The position numbers and the translations under genes were made by a program. Of a DNA stretch of 63,677 nucleotides, positions 17,222 to 27,400 are shown piece by piece. Origin of the DNA: a virus (lineage: Duplodnaviria > Caudoviricetes); IMG/VR virus record IMGVR_UViG_3300032883_000356, positions 1-63,677 of that record, one strand, 5' to 3'. How positions within the stretch are numbered: position 1 is the first letter of the stretch; every line of letters starts with the position of its first letter. The notes beneath the pieces were generated by a model. The model saw nothing but the letters and a program-made list of their open reading frames with translations. It searched no databases and was not told where the DNA came from.

Positions 17222-18175
17222 CTATGTTGTAATATCCGGCCTCACCGATAATAGTTTTTCTAATTCAATAAGCTCTTCTGTAACTATTTCGGCTATCGGT
17301 TGCTTATTCGGTGAACGACCACCACGAACTTTCTTTTTATAAAGCTCTTCTACGCTCTTAATAAGCCTTGTCCTGTTTTCATCTAGCTTCGGTGTGGGCG
17401 CTGCTGGTGGTATGACTTCAACGGCTGGTACATTAATGATTCTCGTTGTTGGTGGGATGTGATCTTTTGCTGCCCGATCATACAACTCCGAAGATATACC
17501 CAGCTGTTCCATGACTACAAGTTTCTTTATGAGCGGATCTGACATATCTAGAACGGGATTAAGTTTTAAAATCACAAACGGTTTCTCGGATAATTCTTTG
17601 CGCGTGAAAGTTCCACGAAGCCCAAGAAGTTCTCGCCTGACTTTGTTTTTAGCCAACGTTTCAGTTTGTGATTTAGTATTTAATCTAGCCCTAGCTAATT
17701 GTTTTCCATCGGGGGAATTTACGAGCATCTTTTTTGTGGTAGCAGAATCATCACGAAGATCAAGAGTCGCGGTACAAACCGAATTTCTCCATTCACCATC
17801 TAGGTCCTGTACCTTGCCTTCTGCCTTAATTACACAGTAATAAGGATGAATTGGATCTTTTTCTTCTAGGGCGTTCCATGTCCCAATCCACTTTATACCA
17901 GCTAGATGGTCCAAGATTTGAAGCCCTTGCTTGGTAAGCACAAGTTGATCCGGCCTCTTATCTAGTTCATAGACTTGCTGATCTGCAGGGTCTGGAGAAA
18001 TGTAGGTAACACGAAATTCGGGACGGAATCCCGACTTAATGCTTTCAAACGTGGTTCTGGCGTATGGAGTAAGAAGAAAAGCCTTCCCTCTCCAGCGTTC
18101 AAGTTCTTTATGGACCCTTTGTAAGTCACTGATTTCAGGTAAGTTTTGATCGCGTACGGCTACTTCTTCTAGCAT
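17222..18175 (-). CDS. Hypothetical protein, possibly a recombination/ssDNA-annealing protein
   Basis: First gene behind a strong promoter and upstream of sbcDC; function inferred from context only. Confidence 0.45.
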   Translation of the reverse strand: MLEEVAVRDQNLPEISDLQRVHKELERWRGKAFLLTPYARTTFESIKSGFRPEFRVTYISPDPADQQVYELDKRPDQLVLTKQGLQILDHLAGIKWIGTWNALEEKDPIHPYYCVIKAEGKVQDLDGEWRNSVCTATLDLRDDSATTKKMLVNSPDGKQLARARLNTKSQTETLAKNKVRRELLGLRGTFTRKELSEKPFVILKLNPVLDMSDPLIKKLVVMEQLGISSELYDRAAKDHIPPTTRIINVPAVEVIPPAAPTPKLDENRTRLIKSVEELYKKKVRGGRSPNKQPIAEIVTEELIELEKLLSVRPDITT

Positions 18176-18197
18176 AGGCCCCTCCCATCAAGCTACT

Positions 18198-18226
18198 ACA
18201 ATACCATAAAAATAATCTTGTGTCAA
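18198..18226 (-). promoter_or_regulatory. Sigma70 promoter, canonical spacing, for the replication/recombination operon
   Basis: TTGACA-N17-TATTGT with extended -10 TG, followed by GGGAGG and ATG. Confidence 0.8.
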
Positions 18227-18233
18227 TGAAAAT

Positions 18234-18494
18234 TTAATGAAGTTTTTCTTCTATGGATTTTAAGCGTAATTTTAGATCTTGGATTCTACACCAAATAGGA
18301 AAACTCCAGCCTGCAATATCAAGAACTTCCTGTTCTAGTTCTTCGCAAAGCTTAGCTGGATCGGCAGAGAATGAACCATCTCCATATTGGTCAGCGCCAG
18401 TTCTCAATCGTTTTATGATTAAACGAAAATATTCAGGAAACATTGAGGATATCTTTTCATCTGATATCGGGTGATCTATTTCTTTCTTGGACAT
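18234..18494 (-). CDS. All-alpha NTP pyrophosphatase-like (MazG-like) protein
   Basis: RLRTGADQYG...EELEQEVLDIAGW pattern. Confidence 0.5.
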   Translation of the reverse strand: MSKKEIDHPISDEKISSMFPEYFRLIIKRLRTGADQYGDGSFSADPAKLCEELEQEVLDIAGWSFPIWCRIQDLKLRLKSIEEKLH

Positions 18495-19477
18495 GGGTAA
18501 TACTGCCTTACTGAATTATGGTCTGTAATAAGATTAACTTGATCAAATATTGTAGCTGCAAGTTTCTGTGGCTTAAGATAAAGACGAGGTTCTAGAGCAT
18601 AAGATTGAATTAGACATAAACATCCTGACTCAACCACCATCGTCCTGCCTACAAAAGTACATCCAGCCATGTGAGTATGCCCAGAAATAACTAGCCTTGG
18701 TCTTTCGAATCCGATATCTTCATGCCAGTTCTGTAACCACTCAGCAAACCACTCTACGGGCCTCAGCGGAAGCTTAGATTGCTTCTCTGGATGCCCTATA
18801 ACTGCATCCCCTACCTGCGTCAACCATCCTATTTTAGTACCATGAACCACTTGATTCTCAATCTGAATATTCGGCATATCTTCTGCACATCTAGACAGAA
18901 TTCCTTTTTGCATTATAAAATTAAGCATTGAAGGATCTAGTCTGCTGGACAGGTACTTCATTACCCGTGCCTCGTGGTTTCCTTCTAAGATCCTAACCGT
19001 TGCAAATGATCGACTCAAGTAGTCCAGAATCTTCCTGGCTTCAATAAATTCCTGCTGAATCGGGATGGCTTTATATTGGTTGAACCGCGACAGGCTGTAA
19101 CAATCAAGAATATCTCCGGCAACATATAGGATTTTTGCGCCTCGTCTTACTAACCATTCGGTAGCCACAACAACTGCATCTTGGTCATGCCAGGGGATAT
19201 GCAAGTCTGAAATCACACCATACCTAATTCTTGGGCCGGTTGGCAATAAAAGGGTTTCTGCCTCTCTCTTTTTGATGATTCCTATGAGGTCACAAAATTT
19301 TAACCATTCAGAGTCATAAGTAGTCTCAACCGTACCTGCATTAATTGCTGGTAGGTCAACCTTAAGTGTTCCTCTTCGCTTACGCGAATCGCACATCGTA
19401 CAAGTGGTTCTTCCCATGCGTACTTTTTTTCTTCCGCAGTGGGGGCAATCCCTAGAACTGTATCCATCTATGGGCAT
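18476..19477 (-). CDS. Calcineurin-like metallophosphoesterase with an N-terminal zinc ribbon
   Basis: SDLHIP, AGDILD, EGNHE, SGHTH; CPHC...CTMC. Confidence 0.9.
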   Translation of the reverse strand: MPIDGYSSRDCPHCGRKKVRMGRTTCTMCDSRKRRGTLKVDLPAINAGTVETTYDSEWLKFCDLIGIIKKREAETLLLPTGPRIRYGVISDLHIPWHDQDAVVVATEWLVRRGAKILYVAGDILDCYSLSRFNQYKAIPIQQEFIEARKILDYLSRSFATVRILEGNHEARVMKYLSSRLDPSMLNFIMQKGILSRCAEDMPNIQIENQVVHGTKIGWLTQVGDAVIGHPEKQSKLPLRPVEWFAEWLQNWHEDIGFERPRLVISGHTHMAGCTFVGRTMVVESGCLCLIQSYALEPRLYLKPQKLAATIFDQVNLITDHNSVRQYYPCPRKK

Positions 19478-19492
19478 TATTTAACTCCAATG

Positions 19493-20230
19493 TTATTTAC
19501 ATCTGTAAATTCCAAGCGTGAGTACACGAGCTATTTTGCATTTGAGACTGGTTTTCTTTGTTACGGATTGATAGAGATCTTTGTAAAAAGTTGCTTGATC
19601 TTTCGCTAAATCTCGTTCTTTTTGAGCTAATTCAGTGGCTTTCTTTTCAAGCTCTAACGCCTGATCTGAATTTGCTTTTTCTTTCTGATGTAGGCTGTCC
19701 TGGTCTTGTACATATCCATTTAAGGCCTTGACTTGAGTTTCAAGTTCTGGAACTTTGATCAACTGTTTTAAGACTTCCTGCTTTTCTGGGTAAGACAGTG
19801 GAGTGGTGGGTGGATTAGCAGGAGGTAATTGAATCTGGGTCCGGATAGCGCCATCGATTTCGCTTGCTGGAATAGCGGTAACTTGTTCTTGTCTGGTCTC
19901 TATCCTGGCATTACTTGCGGTAACAATGGACTTTACCGAGTCAAGCATCATCCGATAGGTATTTTCAAGCGCGACCCGTTGTGTTTCTACGGATTTCTTT
20001 TGCGCGTCAAGCTGATCAGCCATAGCTTTAACTTGATCCATAGCTACTTGCCATTCGGCTTTCTTAGCAACCTCTAATCTGGCAGCTTCGCTTTTTATTC
20101 CCTCGTCATGACCAGCATAGTATTGTTTGTTACCATACCATCTTACGGCCAAACCGAAAACAATAAGGCAAGCAACGACTATGCCAATTTTTCTACCAAG
20201 GGGATTTTGAAAAAGCCAGAGAAACCACAT
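19493..20230 (-). CDS. Membrane-anchored coiled-coil protein, spanin-like
   Basis: N-terminal transmembrane segment plus long coiled coil; in the lysis cassette. Confidence 0.5.
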   Translation of the reverse strand: MWFLWLFQNPLGRKIGIVVACLIVFGLAVRWYGNKQYYAGHDEGIKSEAARLEVAKKAEWQVAMDQVKAMADQLDAQKKSVETQRVALENTYRMMLDSVKSIVTASNARIETRQEQVTAIPASEIDGAIRTQIQLPPANPPTTPLSYPEKQEVLKQLIKVPELETQVKALNGYVQDQDSLHQKEKANSDQALELEKKATELAQKERDLAKDQATFYKDLYQSVTKKTSLKCKIARVLTLGIYRCK

Positions 20231-20625
20231 TAATCGTGATCCTTTTCTTCTGGTGTGCCTACTTTAAATTTCGCAGTAATCCATTTTACAAGAGCAGGTG
20301 CTAGCATTTCCGACATGGAACCGATTAAGAATGCAAAGGATTTTGTATTTGGAATGCCGACAAAACCGCCACCGATAAACCAATTGAGGCCAACCCTATC
20401 GATTACAACGCTTCCTAAAAACCAAACCGCAGCAATCGTAGTAATCCAGCTTACCTGGGAATCTAAAGTGACAATCTCAAACCATTCTCGGCTAGATTTC
20501 CAAAATCCTTTTTTAAGCCTGTAAACCCCAGTAAGACAATATCTTAGCCACTTCCAGGTAAGGGTCAAAATGGCACCAATAAGATAAATTGCCCACAGGG
20601 TTTCGTGTTGTGAGATAGCAATCAT
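20230..20625 (-). CDS. Holin-like membrane protein
   Basis: About 3 hydrophobic segments, charged C-terminus, next to the endolysin. Confidence 0.5.
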   Translation of the reverse strand: MIAISQHETLWAIYLIGAILTLTWKWLRYCLTGVYRLKKGFWKSSREWFEIVTLDSQVSWITTIAAVWFLGSVVIDRVGLNWFIGGGFVGIPNTKSFAFLIGSMSEMLAPALVKWITAKFKVGTPEEKDHD

Positions 20626-20631
20626 GATGAA

Positions 20632-20660
20632 ATTATACGCTCAAATGGAAGGGAAGTCAA
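20632..20660 (-). promoter_or_regulatory. Sigma70 promoter, probably giving a leaderless mRNA
   Basis: TTGACT-N17-TATAAT, 6 nt before the ATG at 20625, no Shine-Dalgarno. Confidence 0.75.
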
Positions 20661-20665
20661 GAGTT

Positions 20666-21079
20666 TTAAGCGTGAAATAGATGGATTCGATCCGGAACCC
20701 ACATCAAGTCAAAGTGAACCCAGGTGATACCGGTTTCCAGCCGTTGGATACGGCAAAGAAGAGGATGGTCCTTGTTGGCTATAATTGCAGCCCTGACATC
20801 ATCGGCTGACATTCCACGGACATCTCCATCGATTGCATTACCAATTCTGTGCTGACTATGAGGAGCACCAAGTTCTTTGGCTTTCTCGGGTGTGCGCCAC
20901 CCACGCCACTCAAAAGATCCACCTGAGTGCCAGTTGTTTATGGTGATGGGAACCCCAAAATATTCACGTAGATTATCAAGTTGGATCAAAACTTCTGGAT
21001 TAAAAACAGAGATAGCCTCATCGCCCCGTTGTTCATACGTTAAACGATCAACGAGTTCGTATACCTGGAAGTACTTCAT
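20666..21079 (-). CDS. Endolysin, peptidase M15-like
   Basis: LDNLREYFG.PITIN, G.R, SQH..GNAID, W.HFD zinc-peptidase motifs. Confidence 0.8.
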   Translation of the reverse strand: MKYFQVYELVDRLTYEQRGDEAISVFNPEVLIQLDNLREYFGVPITINNWHSGGSFEWRGWRTPEKAKELGAPHSQHRIGNAIDGDVRGMSADDVRAAIIANKDHPLLCRIQRLETGITWVHFDLMWVPDRIHLFHA

Positions 21080-21085
21080 AAGTTA

Positions 21086-21397
21086 TTATTTTTTCTGTCC
21101 GTCTGCTTTGATTTTTACATGGTAAGGGTCTATCATGTCCAGCATTCCGGCGACCCTTTCTTGCGACTTTATCATCTCAATTTGTGTAGCCTGCATAACC
21201 TTAATCATATCCAGCATCTTATTGTCGGCATCAACCCTTACAGAACTTTCGTTTTTTTGTGTAGTTTCTACAGCCGTAAGTCTGTGTTCTACTGCAAGTG
21301 CAGCACCAGTAAGAATAAGGACGAGGGTAATAGACTGCAAGATAAACGTTTTTATTCCAGAGGCATTAAGTTTTTCTATCATTAAGTCGCCGTCCAT
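21086..21397 (-). CDS. Single-TM protein (holin/antiholin-like)
   Basis: One transmembrane segment then coiled coil; upstream of the endolysin; start moved to the ATG with an AAGGA RBS. Confidence 0.5.
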   Translation of the reverse strand: MDGDLMIEKLNASGIKTFILQSITLVLILTGAALAVEHRLTAVETTQKNESSVRVDADNKMLDMIKVMQATQIEMIKSQERVAGMLDMIDPYHVKIKADGQKK

Positions 21398-21429
21398 AGA
21401 AGATCCTTTCCCTCTATGCTTTCTAGTAT

Positions 21430-21449
21430 ATGGTATCATGGTCTGTCAA
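21430..21449 (-). promoter_or_regulatory. Short-spacer promoter-like element
   Basis: TTGACA-gaccatga-TACCAT (8-nt spacer). Confidence 0.55.
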
Positions 21450-21450
21450 A

Positions 21451-24400
21451 TTATTCCTCTTCTGGTGGAGGCTGTAGTTGTGTCTCCGGTTCAGGGAGTG
21501 GCTTTTCTTTTCTAAACCCAAGTTCTATCATCTTTTGCATCAATAGTTTTCTAACATCCGGATCTTTATATTTATATACAGTTCCAAGTTTACTGTACAC
21601 ATACGGTCTATAACTTTTTCTTGTACTCTCGTCTGCGGATTCATAGGCCGATAAAGCAGAATCCAAAGGAAATCTCTTAAACTGATCTACGGTTGGAAGA
21701 ACCATCCTATTACCAGTTATTCTTTCCCATAGAGGCGCAGCTGAACGTTCCTTAGCCGGAGCTAAAGTACTCTTTTTATATCCAGACGTTATTTCTCGTT
21801 CACCTTCTGGAACAACATGTCGTGAACGGGCAGCAAAAACAAGAGCACCGAAATACTCTGCTGGATTGTGTTCTTTTCCATCATACAACATTGTTAATGG
21901 TGTTGAGATACTAAATGGAATGGGACCAAGGGTTTCTACGGCATGTATCAAACTTCTGATAGTACCGGCTATTGGTCCTGCCTCTTTGGGTACAATTGGA
22001 CTTCCAAGAAACGTCTTGTTGTTTAATACCTGGATGACATATCGAATGATAGGAGCTGCCTTATTTCCCAAACTCCTTGCCAGTCCACCCACCAATCCCC
22101 AATCAGCAACGTTCGTAGTTAGGTTAACTAGATCATTCGGTCCCCCAGCAAAGAACCAGTTAGAATAAATATCTTTTCCCTTGTTATCTTTTCCAAGATG
22201 TACCTGGGTCGGTTTATCTGACATCTTTCCAGAAACAAGCAAACTCATTCCCGCAGTAAGAGCCATTCCAACGCCGAAACTCGCAGCCCAAAATATACGG
22301 GCAGACTTTCCTGCCGGTCCACCCTTGAATGCCTGACCAGCCGTGTAAACATTAGAATACGTCCAGTCTGGTGCCAACAAAAGCGCTCTTTGGATATATA
22401 CTGAATTCTTGCTCCATCCAAGATTTTCCCAGTGCAATCCACCATAGACCCCATTTACCTCTCTGGCTATTTCTCTACGGGCTTGGTTTAATTCTTCGTC
22501 TGTTGCATTTGGATGTTCTGCAATCCAACCTGCTTCCTTAACAGAAAAATCTCCAACCTTAAATTTTCTTTGCAGTATACCAAAAGTTGCATGAGTTATC
22601 TTATGCGCAACTTCGGTTCCCTGGTCTATCACGGGCAGGCTGGCTACTTTATCTATCCAGTTAGGATCATTAATAGTAGATTGCATGCGTCTATATGTTT
22701 CTATATTTCTACCAAGTATGTCGGTTGTCATTCCAGATTTAATAGCAATAAGTTCCCTGGCTTTCCATTCAGGATTATCCATATCGGCTTTTATGGAATT
22801 AATAGTTTCTACGGGACCCATATTAGCTATAGCGCTAAGTCCTAAAGCTTTCATGTGGAACGTGCTCAATCCAAGTTCAACTGATTTAATATAAGCCTGG
22901 TACAGTCTCATCTGTTGAAGTGCCGGTACAAGATCAAAAAAGTTAGGATCAGTAATAGGATAAAGAGCCTTCACCAGTTTCTGTGGTCCATAGGCATCAC
23001 GGTATGCCATCTGCGGATTACCTTCCCTGTCAAGATAAGTTGTTACGTCTCTCCATAGTGGGTTTGTACCACGAACATAAGTAATCCAGTCTGCCGGAAC
23101 ACCTTCGGACTTCCTTGTTCCCCATTGAATAAGACCATTCTCCTCAAGCGCATTTATGAACTGGTTGGTAGCATACACATTTGCATGGCCTTTACCATAC
23201 AGCGTCATAGCATCAACTGCATTTATAGTAGCTGGGGTTTTGCTAAAAATGATAGCCTTTGCCATGTCGGTAAAAGTACGTTCATTCGCAAATCCAAACT
23301 TACGTGCTAGTTGCCCACCAGTAACATTGGTTCCGGCTCTTTCTCCGCGAAGTGGGGGATAGTCGGATGTTAGTATATGTGTAATATATTCTTCTGGTTT
23401 AATACTGCTGTGTAAGAATCCAAGATCTTGCCCTTCTTTTAGCTTTTCCTCAAAGTACTTGGTTTGCATATCAGAAGCACGTTCTAATTCTTCGTTTGGA
23501 TGCAACACTCTTTCCAACACGGGTTTAAGTTTTTCTATGCGATCTTTTGCCTGTTGAACATGATCATCGACTCTAGGCGCATCCATCCCTTCCTTTGTTA
23601 AATAATTAGCAAATTCTTTATAGTAAGGATGGCTTCCATCAAGAAGCATTTTAATTTCTTCGTCCGGTCTATTTTTAAATTCTCTGTAAAAAGTCAGTGC
23701 TTCTTGGTCCAATACATCAGAAAGTATTTTAGCTATCTCATCACGAAGTTGATTTGTCTGTGCAATCCTAACGTCTCTTTCCCCCGTGTATAAATTCCTA
23801 AATGCCTCATTAAGTTTTTGTGGAGTTTTTCCTTCTGTGGTTATAATGGCATCCGTTATATCTTTTGTTGGTTTTGAGATTCCCTTTGGGACTGGACCTG
23901 GAGCACCAGACTTAATTGGTCGTCCATATTGATCTATTAGACCACCAGTTCTTTCTGCTGGATCTTTAATACCAAGAGGTTCCCCTCCTGGTGGAGCAGC
24001 AATTTTAAGACGCCTACTTAAATCTGTCTCTAGTTTTGGTATTCCTTGTCCGGTAGCAAACACATCATGCGTTCTTGGATCTGTTATATCATACAGTAAT
24101 TTACTGTCGGTATCATTCTCCATCTGTCTCAATGTTCTCATTTGTGATGAAGTTGGAATTCCAAATATTTCAGCAGTAGCTACGCCATCCTGTATTTTTG
24201 TTCTTATCAATCCGTATTGGTTTACAATCTGCCCGAATGTTTTGTCGTAATCAAAATAGTTATGACCAAGAGCATTAAGTAAGGATTGTGCATGACTCCT
24301 AAATCCATTAGCTATTATTCCCCCGTTTGGGGTAATCCATCCATCTCCGCTTCTTGTGTATTCTGGATTATCAAATGAATCAACAAATGTACCGAGCTTC

Positions 24401-27400
24401 TTGAAATCTATCTTGGTCGGAAGTTTGGGCGCTCTTCTTGCTGCTTCTTTTATTCCAAGGGGTTCTTCTTCCGGTCCGGACGGAAAACTTATATCTTCTT
24501 CGGTGGGAGCGGCAAGTTGGGCTGGGGGCGCTTTAAGTGTTTCTGCCATTCCTGGCGTACCTGGCTCACCCCAGCCAAAAATTCCTTGGGCGAAGGCATG
24601 CGCCCCTGGTTCAGAAGCTTCTCGATTATTGGTTGGAACTTTTCCTTCGGGTTGAACGGTTGTTGGTTTTTCATATGGTATCCCATTATCATCTAAATAT
24701 TGTTCAGCTGCTTGAGACAAACTAAACGGTTTGTTAGTTGCCCCGTGTGCAGTATATAACGATTGTTCATAGTACCACAATACAGCTTGAAGTTCTGGTA
24801 TTTTAACCTTCAACACGCTTGCAAGTTGTTGTGAGGCTTTACGCATTAATTGGTTTTCCGCCCAACTACGAGGAGCATCCCTTGTGGTCCAAACATATTG
24901 TTGTTCATTCTGGTCCCACTTTTTTACCAGATCAACCGTACCCATTATACGATTCCACCCCCTGGTCCACCATCGATCCATGGTCAACTCAGATGAAACA
25001 CCAAGTAGGTTAGGAACAAAAGCCCCGACTTTTTCACCAAACATATATGTTCCAAGGCGCATAGTTTCGGCACCGCCTGGAATTTCCGCACCACGTTTAG
25101 CCTCAGAATATTTAACTGCATTCAATTCTTTTACGGGATGTTCGGTTAACAACCAATTAATAGCCTTGTTAATATCTCCATCATTCATATCAATTACACG
25201 TTGTAGTGTAATTAGATTATGAGTAAAGGCTTTTGTAGCAGCATTTCCCCAACTTCCTGATTCTGTGTCTGGGTTCTTAATTGGAACGGTTCCGTTTTCC
25301 GCCCACATATCGTAGGCCTTCATCGCAGTACCAAAATTTCCCTTAACTTCGTTCCCTGGACTTAGTATTCCAAATAGAATGGAGAATAACTTCCTCTGTG
25401 ATGGATCTTCAAAATCAGCTCGTGCATGAGTAAGTAGTTGATTCATGCGTTCAATATCTTTTTGATACCATTCCATCATTGAATTATCTTTTGCAATCTG
25501 GTAAAGAAATTCATTGCCTGCATGTTTAATGAAACGGTTGATCATGGATTTTTCTTGAGCGCGCTCGATAGTTCTTTTTGGAGGTAAAAGCTTACCATAT
25601 TTACTCTCCATAAAATCACTCATGGCTTTACCGATATCAATAACATTGGGGGTCCCTTCAACATCAAGCTTAAGGGGTTTATCTAACCATTTCGTAGATA
25701 AAAATCGTGGGGGGTCTCCTATTTCACGGGCATCTTTAATTCCTATGAGTTCGTTTGGAGGTGGGGCTGGAAGGCCTTCAAGATTCGGATGTCCGACCCA
25801 GTCGCTTGCCCATAAATCATAAAGAGCAACTGTATTTCTTATTTTTTCCTGATTGTTATTGCTTAGATAATCTTCTAGTTTTTGTGTCTGTTGATCAAGA
25901 AGTGGTTTATGTTCATCAAGGGCATTATTCAATAATTCATGAAAAGGTTCGTCGTGGGTACGATTCTTTTGATGAACCAATTCATGCACCATGCTAACAA
26001 CTGCCTGCCTTGCCACTTGTTTATGTATGTCATCTGTGTGTACGTGACCATTAACCACTAACCTAAACGCTTCTTCAAGTGATGTTAATGGGTTATAAAA
26101 TACAGGACAATTACTATCTGTACCGAATACTCGATCTCCATTATAATTTATTGCAAATGCCGTAGGATCTAAGGTATTACCGGCAAATACAGCCTTATTG
26201 TAATCGGGATCTATTCCACCAGATAAGGCATTTTTTAATTCATCAAATATTTCCGCAACCTTTCCTGTTAGACCTTGAATCCCACCATGGTGAGCTACTG
26301 TTGCCATAGTCCTTCGGCTAACCGTTCCGCTCTCGTCTACAACCTTATATACGTTATCTCCAACTCTATATGATGGAGCACGTTCTATAGCTTGAGCAAG
26401 TTCATATCCAGTTGGTGATTGCCCTGGCTTTAAATCAATAGGTGGAGTTAATCCAATAAATCCGGGTTCACCTGCTCCAAGTTGGGGGCTGATCCCAGAT
26501 ACTTCGGGCGCGACTGTAGGAGGGCGCTGTAAAGATTTTTCCAGTCCACTCCATCCCTCTGGGCTCGGCCCAATAGCATCTGCAAAACCTTGGGGTCCGG
26601 GTTCTCTCGTCTCAGGTGTGCGCTCACCGTAGCGAGATGCTCTATCCACTTCGGATCTCGCTGCCCGGTCAAGTTGTCGTTCGTCATCAATTCTGATTTG
26701 CTCACTTCCGGTTCTGGCGGTTGGTTGAGCCTCTCTTGGTCTTTCGAATATTCTTGCAAGATCTAATCCTCCCTCTATTGTTGGCAATCCATTAAAAGTT
26801 TCTTCTATTACTTGTCCCGCTGATTTACCGGTAGTTGGTTCTCTATCTAACTGCTGACTGGAAAAATCAAACACTCCTTTATGGAATCTATTTGCTACAG
26901 CAGGATCTTCCATCCAGGATTTTTCAATAATATTTTCGTCTCGGTCAGCCTGAGTCTTTGCTTCTAATTTTCGCCCTAGTTCGGCTTCATCATAAAGAGC
27001 AAGGTTATAAATATTGGCATGTGATATAATATCCCTGTTTGCGTTAAGCCAATCCATTGTTTTAGCATAAGTCTCAGGTGTTTCTCCCGGTAACCCAACC
27101 ATGATATTGGGAATTAATACCGCACCCGCATCTCTTATTTTCTGTGCTGCTTCGTTAATAAGAGTTTCGTTGGCAGGCTTTTTCATTGCCTTAAGAATTG
27201 GATCGTTATAAGACTCAATTCCAAGTTCGATGTATTTTATTCCAGCTCTGTTAATAAAATCAGAAGTAAATTTTTTCATCTGAGCAGCGGTAGTCTGAAT
27301 TATAAATCCGTCAAAGTCTGGATTTTGACCCTTAATCCTATTGTATATTTCAGGAAGCATAGTATGATTACTTGCCTGCCCAAATGTTTTATCGTTTATA

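Noticed and set aside
6136-18494. Z-genome (2-aminoadenine) pathway from the HD and MazG-like genes
   Set aside because: No PurZ/adenylosuccinate synthetase-like gene or DNA polymerase in the window
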